This document shows positions 1 to 7,448 of a DNA stretch of 10,008 nt, piece after piece. This DNA is from Armatimonadia bacterium. Lineage in GTDB: Bacteria > Armatimonadota > Zipacnadia > Zipacnadales > UBA11051. The notes beneath the pieces were generated by a model that did no database searches, was not told where the DNA came from, and saw only the letters and a list, made by a program, of their open reading frames with translations. The DNA lies in assembly GCA_039683575.1 (NCBI GenBank), contig JBDKRC010000161.1:1-10008 (forward strand), in the 5' to 3' direction. Within the stretch, counting starts at the first letter, position 1. The number at the start of each line of letters is the position of its first letter. The translations under genes were made by a program, and so were the position numbers.

Positions 1-57
1 AGGCGGACGCCTTCCGTTCCTTCCTCATCGCAGATCATCTCACTTCGATCATACCGT

Positions 58-83
58 GCCGCCGCGGGTACGCTCGCGGCGGC
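58..83. other. GC-rich 11-bp stem with a 4-nt loop
   Basis: GCCGCCGCGGG-TACG-CTCGCGGCGGC, with one G-T pair on the plus strand. There is no following U-tract, so it is not called a terminator. Confidence 0.5.
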
Positions 84-145
84 GGCGGGCCGTTGAGTGC
101 CACGGCGCCGTCACGGATCGGCGGATAGCCAGCCCGGCATTGGAG

Positions 146-174
146 ATTCTACGACGATGCGCGTCGGCGGGAAA
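146..174 (-). promoter_or_regulatory. Candidate promoter for a gene beyond the left edge
   Basis: Minus strand reads TTTCCC, a 17-nt spacer, then TAGAAT (151-146). It is followed by two hairpins and a purine-rich GAGGAAGGA tract near 18-26. Consensus match only. Confidence 0.3.
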
Positions 175-898
175 GGACGCTTCCTCATGTTGAGTAGGGG
201 GAGCAGGGGGCGCTGCGGCATCGGGCAGGATGGGGATGGGCTCCCGCCAGGCACCTGCCCCGCACTTACATGGCCGGGGCCGGAGTGACCATGAGCCCGG
301 CGGAACCGCGGGCGGTCTCTAAGCCGGTCCTCTCCCGCCGGTGCAGGCGGTTCATAGCGAAGACCACGGTGATGAGTCCGGCCCCAAGGGTTGCAGTGCG
401 TCAGCGTTGTCCGGGTGGGGGCCATCCCGAGGATTCTCAGCTTCGCTCGGGTTGCTATCGGATGGTCCGGCAGCGTCTGCTCGGGCAGAACGCATCCAGG
501 CCTGTCTGGCACGAGCCCCCTCCCCGTCTCAGACCGACGCGGCACCCCGCGTTCAGCAGGACGGGGGCCCCACGTTCGGGTGCCACAATCGCGGTGGAGG
601 GGGTTGCGTCCGGGTCCTCTTGGCCTTGCCATCCGGAGGGGCCGGCGGAAGGGGGAGGTGGAGTCCCAGATGGGACCCAACGCCCGCACGGACACGCCGC
701 AAGCCAGCCATCCGAGGTGGCGGGAAAGCCGTCGGGCCAGCCGCAGGTCGACGCCGGGGGGGAGCGACGTCGGGGGAGGAGGCTGGCCCAGAGGGGATCA
801 GCAACGGTCACGAAATGACCTTCTATCCTGCCCGTAGAGGGTGCGCCCTCAACTGCGAAGGCTGGGGCCCGTGCCGAGGATAGTCATGCACAGTGGCA

Positions 899-3628
899 TC
901 AGAGAGTCCCGGCTGGTGCGGCAGGTCTCTCAAGATCCACGAAGACGGCATCCTTGAGGTGGTCAAACCTCTCGGGATGGCACGTCATGATGATGATCTG
1001 GAGGTTCCGGCGCGAGGCGTCGCGGATCACGTTCAGCATCCTGCCGTGGCGGAACGCGTCCGCGTGGGCCAGAGGATCGTCCAGAATCACCACCTGCGGT
1101 TCGTCCTGCGCCATAACGGCCCCGTAGGCCAGGCGTACCAGCGTGGAGAGCTGCTCGCGCTCGCCGTACGAGGTGGCATCCTTGACCGGGAGGCTGCCGC
1201 CGGGACCGGTAGCCAGACTCTCGACAGCCAGATCGCTGCCGAAGACCGGAACGCGATGACCGGCTCCGTCCAGCTCGTTCAGCCAAGCCCCAACCAACTC
1301 CGAGACTGGCCTGATGGACTTCTCCACGCTCTCATCACGGATCTGGTCAAACAGGCGCCAGAGCAATAGGTGTGCGTCAACTTCCAGCGCCAGCCGTTCA
1401 TGCTCACGCCTGGCCACTGACAAAGCCTGCTCAGCGGCGGTTCGGCGGCTGTGCAGACCCTCCTTGCTCTTCAGCTGCCCGGTCAGGTCCGCCAGATCCT
1501 GCTGCAGCCCGTTCAGACGGTTGCGCCGGTTCTCAAGCGCCTCCTCTTCTGCTTCGAGCGCCTCGGGGATCCGCTTTTCGTCTTCGGTGAGCTTGTGCTG
1601 GTCGAACTGCAGTTGCAGCACCTCAAGTTCCTGCCCCCTGGCCTGTACGCCCTGAACCAGTGCCTCCTCCCCGCAGTGCTCCCGGGTATGGGCGTCACGC
1701 AGTGCCTCAGCCTTTGCCAATTCGATGTTCGCCGCTTCCACCTGCTGCTCTGCTGCCTGCACTCTTCCCCTGGCAGTGTCCACTTGCTTTTTGGCCTCAG
1801 CTTCCACCGCCGCCGCGAGTTGTGCTGTGTCGGAATGGTGCTCTCTTAGGGCTTTCACTTCCGCGAGCGCTGCTTCGTATTCTGCCGCTGAGGGTTGCCA
1901 GACCTCCAGACCGGGATTAAGTTCGAGAAGTCCCTGCCGCTGCTGCCGGAGACTGGCCAGCTGTGCTTCCATAGCCTGCAAGCCTTCTGGAGCGATTTCA
2001 TCAAGCGTCTTCTTGAGCCTCTGAACTCGTTCCGCCAACGAGTCCTTCTCTGTCCGGCGCCGGGTCAATTCGGGGATGATCTCTGGCTTCGCCACAGATC
2101 CGAGCCCCCACTTGACCTGGGTGTCCTTCAGGTTCTGTGCCAGGTCGGCCTGCTCCTTGGCGAGCGCCTCGACGCCCTGGTCTTCCCGGCCGCGAACGAC
2201 CCTGACCGCCCCAAAGCCGTCAATGTCTACTCGCAAGTGCTGATTGGCTAGGCGCTCCAGACCCTCGCCCGGCTGGAGGGTGATGTGCTCGGTTTCGCCA
2301 CCATCCAGCGTGAGCTTCACGGGCCCGCCCTCGACGGCCTCGACCTCGAGCCCAAGTTGAGCCGCCCTCAGTTCTGCGTCCAACTGCACAAGCCGATCCA
2401 GCAGTATGCGGATCTTCCTGAACTCACTGTCGTTCGGGGTAGAGAGCTTCGCCAATGCGGCTTCACTGTGGGCGAGTTCAGCAGCCACAGTGCGCGTCCG
2501 CGCAAGCTCCCCGTCGGTCCTCGTGAGATCGCTGTCCAGGCGCAGCAGCGCACCCATGGCCTCCACCTGAGTCTGCCGTTTGCCCGACTCCATGATCTGC
2601 TTTTGGGCTTCCTCCCGCGCTGCTACGGCAGCGTCCAGTTTCTTCTCTGCGCCGGCAAGAGCTGTGCGCAGTGGTTCGGCGTCCTGCTGCGCGGTGTCCA
2701 GGACATCCCGGCAGGTCTCTGCGCTCTCACGACGCTTCCGGCAAGTGTCTAAGGCCTCGCTCGCAGCAGCCAGCGTTTCCCGGGCTCGCACGACCAGATT
2801 GCCAATCTCGGCCGCCTTGCGCCGTTTCTCCGCCAGTTCCCGGTCAGTCGCCCTGAGCGTCTCCAGCTCCCGCTTGCTGGCATCGACCGCGGCAGCCGCC
2901 TCCACCAGAGCGGCCTCCTTTCGTTCAACTATGGCAAGCAGCTCGTCTACAGACCTCAGCTCGGCGGTGATTTCCCCTACTTCCTGCTCGCGCTCTTCAA
3001 TAGCCTGAGCCAGGGCTACCGGGCGGGACCCCTTTCTACAGTTGCCCTGCGCCGCTGCCTCCTCGCTCGAGAACCAATCCTTCATTCTCTCCCAGAGCAA
3101 CCGGCGGAAATCAAGGTCACTTCCACTGATCACGGAACCCAGCAGAGGACGCAGAGTGCGATCCAGATCCTCGTCCACTACTGGCAGATCCACAATGCCC
3201 TGATCGACCCATAGCAGCTGCGCAAGGCCGCTGTCGGAGTTAGTGATTCCCAGCAACTCGCGCGCCTTGCGCGTCGCATCTTTCCCAGTTGCCGGGGGTT
3301 CCTGGCGTGAGGGGTCGGATATAACCCAACGGAGTTCGGCGCCCCCCTCTTTCCGATTGGTGAAGCGCTTCGTCAGCAGGTAGCTTGCACCACGAACTTG
3401 GAAGCCCACACTGACTTCCGGCACCGCGCTGGTGCCCCAGGGGACGATCGGCCTGATGCGCGAAGTGTCGTACTCGAAGTCAACCAGGGCGCAGCGCAGC
3501 GCCTCCACCAGACTGGTCTTGCCGGTCTTGTTGGGTGCATGGATGATGGTGAGGGTTGGCGAGAGGCGCTCCACGTTGACTTCGCCGAGCTTACGCCAGT
3601 CCCGGATGTGCAGTGACTGAATGATCAT
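899..3628 (-). CDS. Rad50/SbcC/YhaN-like ABC-type (SMC-family) ATPase with long coiled coils, 909 aa
   Basis: N-terminal head has Walker A HAPNKTGKTS (~3512-3541) and a Q-loop (LWVDQG). C-terminal head has a variant signature TSYGERE (~1154-1174), Walker B/D-loop VVILDDPLAHAD and H-switch MTCHP. Long A/E/L/Q/R-rich heptad segments lie between the heads. A strong RBS (CAGGAGGT) precedes the ATG, which overlaps the upstream stop as ATGA (3625-3628). Confidence 0.92.
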   Translation of the reverse strand: MIIQSLHIRDWRKLGEVNVERLSPTLTIIHAPNKTGKTSLVEALRCALVDFEYDTSRIRPIVPWGTSAVPEVSVGFQVRGASYLLTKRFTNRKEGGAELRWVISDPSRQEPPATGKDATRKARELLGITNSDSGLAQLLWVDQGIVDLPVVDEDLDRTLRPLLGSVISGSDLDFRRLLWERMKDWFSSEEAAAQGNCRKGSRPVALAQAIEEREQEVGEITAELRSVDELLAIVERKEAALVEAAAAVDASKRELETLRATDRELAEKRRKAAEIGNLVVRARETLAAASEALDTCRKRRESAETCRDVLDTAQQDAEPLRTALAGAEKKLDAAVAAREEAQKQIMESGKRQTQVEAMGALLRLDSDLTRTDGELARTRTVAAELAHSEAALAKLSTPNDSEFRKIRILLDRLVQLDAELRAAQLGLEVEAVEGGPVKLTLDGGETEHITLQPGEGLERLANQHLRVDIDGFGAVRVVRGREDQGVEALAKEQADLAQNLKDTQVKWGLGSVAKPEIIPELTRRRTEKDSLAERVQRLKKTLDEIAPEGLQAMEAQLASLRQQRQGLLELNPGLEVWQPSAAEYEAALAEVKALREHHSDTAQLAAAVEAEAKKQVDTARGRVQAAEQQVEAANIELAKAEALRDAHTREHCGEEALVQGVQARGQELEVLQLQFDQHKLTEDEKRIPEALEAEEEALENRRNRLNGLQQDLADLTGQLKSKEGLHSRRTAAEQALSVARREHERLALEVDAHLLLWRLFDQIRDESVEKSIRPVSELVGAWLNELDGAGHRVPVFGSDLAVESLATGPGGSLPVKDATSYGEREQLSTLVRLAYGAVMAQDEPQVVILDDPLAHADAFRHGRMLNVIRDASRRNLQIIIMTCHPERFDHLKDAVFVDLERPAAPAGTL

Positions 3629-4824
3629 TCTCCCACCTCCTGGGCCAGCCGGTACAGAACCAGCACGGCTCGCTCCCTCCGGTCTCGTTCAGCCTCGGCT
3701 AGGTCGGTCGCCAGGTCGTCCTTGAGCCGTTGGTATACCTCGCCCACGACCCCGCTGCCCGCTACATCGGCGACATGGCTGTCGTCGGGCACTAGACTCA
3801 CACCGTCCGCGTCCAACACGCAGTGCAGATAGCGGTTGAGCATCTCGCGGAAGCCCTCCAGCCTGAGCATGCTCTCGGCAGGAAGCAGGCCCTCCACACG
3901 CAGTCGCAGCAAGCAGCGTTCTGGGCGCTCCCGTCTGGCTATCTCCGCGAACGTACTCTGGAAGTGCTCATCGTCAGAGACACTGACGCTCTCGTCCTGC
4001 CAGACGTACTGCCCGGTGTCCACTCTCTCGAGCACTGGGACGGCTTCTGGAGCCGCGATTTGGACCAGCAATGCCTGCCCCAGCCCCGCTCCACAGAACT
4101 CCTCCCGCTCTGCTCCGGACGCGTATGGGGCCCACCCGATGGAGAAGTCCGCGGCAGACCCGAACGACATCTGCTCCAAAGTGCCGGGATAGGCGATCCG
4201 CGCGGCACCGTCAGTTTCCCGGTATTCCTTCGACTGGTGCCAGTGTCCCAGTGCCAGGTAGTCCAGTCCACGGGCGCGCGCCGCATCCTGTGGTATCGGG
4301 TGATCGTCCTCTGGCAGCGTCGCACGGTCCATCACGCTACCATGTGCGACACCGATCCGTATGCCGTCGGCCTGCTCACGCGGGGGAATCCATCCAGTGG
4401 GGTCCTCCCGGGAACGGCTGCTGGTGGCGGGACACGGGTACAGCGTCGCGCTCTCAGTCGCCAGGACGGCCTCCCTTGCCGCGAGGACCTTGAGGGTTGT
4501 TGCGCTGGTGTCGTTCCACGGGTGGCGTTGCCAGACCGATCCTGCGCAGTACGGATCGTGATTACCCGGCAGCACGAAGATCGGCATACGCTTGTTCTTC
4601 AGCATATCGAAGGCCCTCTGGGCATCGACCAGCGAGACGGTATTGTCGTCAAACAGATCCCCGGCGATGACCACGAAGTCGACCTTCTTGTTAGCTGCCA
4701 CTGCTAGGGCGTTGTCCAGCGCCTGGAAGCGCGCCTCCTTCAGCTTCCTCGCCACCTGATCATCAAACCGCGTCACCCGGAGGCCGATGTGAACATCGGC
4801 TAGATGGAGAAACCGCATAGGCAT
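3625..4824 (-). CDS. Mre11/SbcD-like calcineurin-fold metallophosphoesterase (DNA repair exonuclease), 399 aa
   Basis: All five phosphoesterase motifs are intact: ADVHIG, AGDLFD, PGNHDP, VAHGS and LALGHWH. Start moved from 4899 to the ATG at 4824 (MPMRFLHLAD) because AGAGGAGGT lies 7 nt upstream and family homology begins there. Confidence 0.93.
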   Translation of the reverse strand: MPMRFLHLADVHIGLRVTRFDDQVARKLKEARFQALDNALAVAANKKVDFVVIAGDLFDDNTVSLVDAQRAFDMLKNKRMPIFVLPGNHDPYCAGSVWQRHPWNDTSATTLKVLAAREAVLATESATLYPCPATSSRSREDPTGWIPPREQADGIRIGVAHGSVMDRATLPEDDHPIPQDAARARGLDYLALGHWHQSKEYRETDGAARIAYPGTLEQMSFGSAADFSIGWAPYASGAEREEFCGAGLGQALLVQIAAPEAVPVLERVDTGQYVWQDESVSVSDDEHFQSTFAEIARRERPERCLLRLRVEGLLPAESMLRLEGFREMLNRYLHCVLDADGVSLVPDDSHVADVAGSGVVGEVYQRLKDDLATDLAEAERDRRERAVLVLYRLAQEVGE

Positions 4825-5291
4825 GTGTCCAACCTCCTCTTTCGCTATACTGCCTAACCCCGGGCCTACTGCGCGTCGGCACTCTGCGCTATGGCGCATA
4901 CCAGGCAGACTGACTTGGTGCCCCTGACCTAGACGCCAGTCCTGATCTACGTGATGTGAGACAGCGATCGGCAGGTCGATGAAGCACTCCGCTGTGCCGG
5001 CGCCCTGCGTGTTACCCGACCATCCAACGAACCCTCAGTACCAGTTCGTACTCAAGCGGCGAACAGCCTTGAGGCCGTGAGCTTGGTTCCCGGTAGCTGT
5101 CATCGCACAAAAAAACTACGTCTGGCTTGGGTCAGGCCGTCGGCTGAACCACGCCGGGTCGCCTACTTGTCTTCCGTTGCGCTGCCATAGCTGCCGGCAA
5201 CTGTGCACCGTCCGCGTCCGTCTGTGGCGGGACACGCTGCAGCATCACAGTTTGTGACAACCGGACGAGACAGAACAGTGAGCGGATGACG

Positions 5292-5560
5292 CGGGGGTAT
5301 CCCCTAACGATAAGCATCGCTGCTCTGCGGCGCGGTGCCAGCCGGTCGCAGAACCGGAGTTGGGCCCGCAGGCTCCTTCGCGGTCGTAGACGTAACCAGC
5401 GACCAGATGAAGTCAGCCTGCCGTCCGATGGCCAAGTAGATGCTGCTCTGGAAGGCACGAAGGCGGCTTCGTGAAGAATGGCTGCCGTTTCTGGGGCAAC
5501 GACGTGGAGGCTCTCGAAGGCACTATCGAAGTGTAGATGTGCGCAGTGGATGAACCACAT
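5292..5560 (-). pseudogene. Degenerate 5' fragment of a second SbcD/YhaO-type metallophosphoesterase gene
   Basis: Joining three minus-strand frames gives MWFIHCAHLHFDSAFESLHVVAPETAAILHEAAF / RAFQSSIYLAIGRQADFI / LVAGYVYDRE / RSLRAQLRFCDRLA...LIVRGYP. This follows the YhaO-type pattern FIHxADLHLDSPF...AF...DLAI..xxDFxLxAGDxYD..RSLRAQLRF...VHGNHD. Frameshifts fall near 5460, 5406 and 5378. Metal ligands are lost (DLH>HLH, GD>GY, GNHD>GYP). An RBS-like GGGGGA lies 6 nt upstream of the ATG at 5560. Confidence 0.8.
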
Positions 5561-5640
5561 GTGGTGTCCCCCTGGTCCTGCAAGGCGACTTGGTCAGGAC
5601 AGTCGCGGCTCGCCCCAGCCCTGCGGGCACGCCGTGTCAT

Positions 5641-5669
5641 ATGGTAGCGCGTTGGCTGTGAATCTGCAA
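5641..5669 (-). promoter_or_regulatory. Candidate sigma70-type promoter upstream of the phosphoesterase pseudogene
   Basis: Minus strand reads TTGCAG (5669-5664), a 17-nt spacer, then TACCAT (5646-5641), about 80 nt before the ATG at 5560. Consensus match only. Confidence 0.4.
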
Positions 5670-5947
5670 GTCAGGCAATCGCCAACCCGCGAACCGCTCC
5701 ACGTCCGCATTGCGTGCAGACACCGCCCGGAAGGTGCGCCGGCTGGCGGCGGGAACCTCCGGCAGGCGTACCGCTGTTGTCGTACTCGCTTATGCTGGCC
5801 CGTCTTCCTGCCCGGTCTGGTCCACCTGCCGGCTCGTATGGCCGGTCTCCTGGAGCAGGCTGGGGGTGGGGTGCCGGCTACTGGCCAGAGGGGTTTCGCG
5901 GGACGACCAGGCGGGAACTGCCTCGATCGGGTGCCGACACCGGATTC

Positions 5948-7423
5948 TCACCTGCTCTTCACCAGCCTGTGCCCCGTCAGCCTCAGTCCCTTCGCCTCCA
6001 ACGCCTTCTGCCAGCCGTTCCGGGTACCAATCGTGTGCGTGTCCTCGTACAGTCCCGCGCGTTCCTCTTGTGCCGTCAGCTTCTGAAACCTTGCCCGCAA
6101 AGGGTTGTCAGGCGCCACGAACTCTTCCTTGCGATGCAGGATCGGCGGGTTGTCGCTCTCGCCGTAGGCCCTCTCGGATAGGTCCAGATCATCGAGGGAG
6201 ACGAGCAGAGAGGTCCGGAGTGCAGGGTGTGGGTCCTTCTCGAAGTCGGGGTAGGAGAGATAAGAGATACGTGGCTTACCGCGGCCTAGCTTGATGATGT
6301 TGGCGCCTTCCATCCGGCCGAAGCAGGCGCGGGCGCAGCCCTCGTAGACGCGCAACACGGCTGGCACCAGGTCGAGAGCATCAACGTGCACGTACAGGGC
6401 GTCGTGGGTGAGCTTGCCGCAAGATGAGGTGCGACAGGCGGCATCGACAAGCTCGGGACGGCCGGCGGAGAACAGGAGTCCGTCAGCCTGCTTCAGTGCC
6501 TGAGTATATGACCCGAACAGGCCCTTTACATCGAGCTGCAGACTTGGGGGAAGTGCCGAGAACTTGGGCCGGCGACCGAAGGCGCCGAGGGCGAGATAGA
6601 CGAGCAGGTCCTGACGGCGCTCCTCCTCGATCTGCCTCCACTGATCGTCTCCCGTAGCCCGCCGGACAACGGCGAAGGCACGGGCCAGGCTGCTGAAGAC
6701 GGCCGAGATCTCACCCGCTTCCGCGATCTCGGTGGCATCCGGTAGGCGGCCGTGGTCGGCGTAGGCTCGCATCAGTGGTTGCAGTAGTTCCTGATGCACA
6801 GCGTACAACTCGTCGCTGCCCTGTTGTCGAGGAGCCGCTGACACCCGCCGGAAACGTGCGGCGGCAAAGGACTGGTACAGGCTCTCGTCTCGGAAGAGGA
6901 AGAAGATGCCAGGTGCGGCCGCCAGGGCGGGTGCTTGGAGGCTCGCCTCAAGCCAGTCCCTCAGCTCGTGCTGCGTGTAGAACTTCTGGAAGGTTCCCCG
7001 ACTGGTGACACACCCATCGCCGAAGGCCCGAGCCCGAACGTCTTTCGCCTCGAGTGTCAGCCGCGCTGATACCACCAGCACCTTCTGCGCGTATGACCAA
7101 GCTTCTTGCAGGACCTGAAGACGTTCAGCCGGATCCTCAATGACGTTCACGACGTACCCGAGATTCACAACCTCAGCCGGGCCCCTGGTCCCTTCCGGAC
7201 GATGTACGGGGTCCCATCCTGAACCACGTATGCCGCGGGCCGACAAGAGTCGCAAGTCGTCGCCCCGGCCGCACCCGTAGTCGAGGAAGCTGTCGTGCGC
7301 TGATAGGATGCCCGAATCCAGCGCCGCGCGTACGGGCCTCGACAAGTCGTTCCGCACCTTCGCCGTCCGGTGTCGAGCGGCGCCGATGTCGTCATCAGAA
7401 CACGGTGTATGATTGGAGCGCAT
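5948..7423 (-). CDS. DNA phosphorothioation-associated putative methyltransferase (TIGR04096-like), 491 aa
   Basis: Shows the family-typical RHRTAxxRxxLSRPV start, SAM-binding motif I FLDYGCGRGDD, GWDP, VVNLGYVVNVIEDPAER and FGDGxxTSRGTFQKFYTQxEL. The C-terminal domain carries GKxxxDALYVH...YLSYPDFEKDPHPAL...NPPILHRKE. GAGG lies 10 nt before the ATG, which is 25 bp downstream of the previous stop. Family name is from recall, not a search. Confidence 0.88.
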   Translation of the reverse strand: MRSNHTPCSDDDIGAARHRTAKVRNDLSRPVRAALDSGILSAHDSFLDYGCGRGDDLRLLSARGIRGSGWDPVHRPEGTRGPAEVVNLGYVVNVIEDPAERLQVLQEAWSYAQKVLVVSARLTLEAKDVRARAFGDGCVTSRGTFQKFYTQHELRDWLEASLQAPALAAAPGIFFLFRDESLYQSFAAARFRRVSAAPRQQGSDELYAVHQELLQPLMRAYADHGRLPDATEIAEAGEISAVFSSLARAFAVVRRATGDDQWRQIEEERRQDLLVYLALGAFGRRPKFSALPPSLQLDVKGLFGSYTQALKQADGLLFSAGRPELVDAACRTSSCGKLTHDALYVHVDALDLVPAVLRVYEGCARACFGRMEGANIIKLGRGKPRISYLSYPDFEKDPHPALRTSLLVSLDDLDLSERAYGESDNPPILHRKEEFVAPDNPLRARFQKLTAQEERAGLYEDTHTIGTRNGWQKALEAKGLRLTGHRLVKSR

Positions 7424-7448
7424 TGCTCTACAGCCTCTACTCGGACCT

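Noticed and set aside
368-400. Hammerhead-like GTGATGAG
   Set aside because: The core needs CUGANGA plus stem II and GAAA; neither the leading C nor the downstream elements are present.
315-625. RNase P RNA-like fragments on the minus strand (GAGGACCCGG ... GGACCGGCTTA)
   Set aside because: The invariant GAGGAAAGUCC and the other conserved regions are absent.
646-700. tRNA-Sec-like start (GGAAGGGG...GTCCCAGATGGGAC)
   Set aside because: There is no UCA anticodon arm or TTCGA T-loop, and no cloverleaf can be drawn.
97-883. Seven overlapping ORFs of 63-194 aa at the left end
   Set aside because: Their R/P/G/S-rich, low-complexity translations in several frames are typical of non-coding high-GC DNA, and no domain is recognisable.
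3823-4707. 294-aa plus-strand ORF, and other plus-strand ORFs over 893-3620 and 5478-9877
   Set aside because: They are antisense shadows of well-supported minus-strand genes in high-GC DNA and carry no recognisable motifs.
4825-4899. 25-codon N-terminal extension of the nuclease in the ORF track
   Set aside because: The strong Shine-Dalgarno AGGAGGT lies inside the extension, just before the ATG at 4824, where family homology begins.
5105-5145. Minus-strand U7 tract as an intrinsic terminator
   Set aside because: No convincing stem lies immediately before the U-run.
5132-5560. 142-aa ORF as an intact gene
   Set aside because: Phosphoesterase similarity is split across three frames, and the last ~50 codons look like read-through into non-coding DNA.
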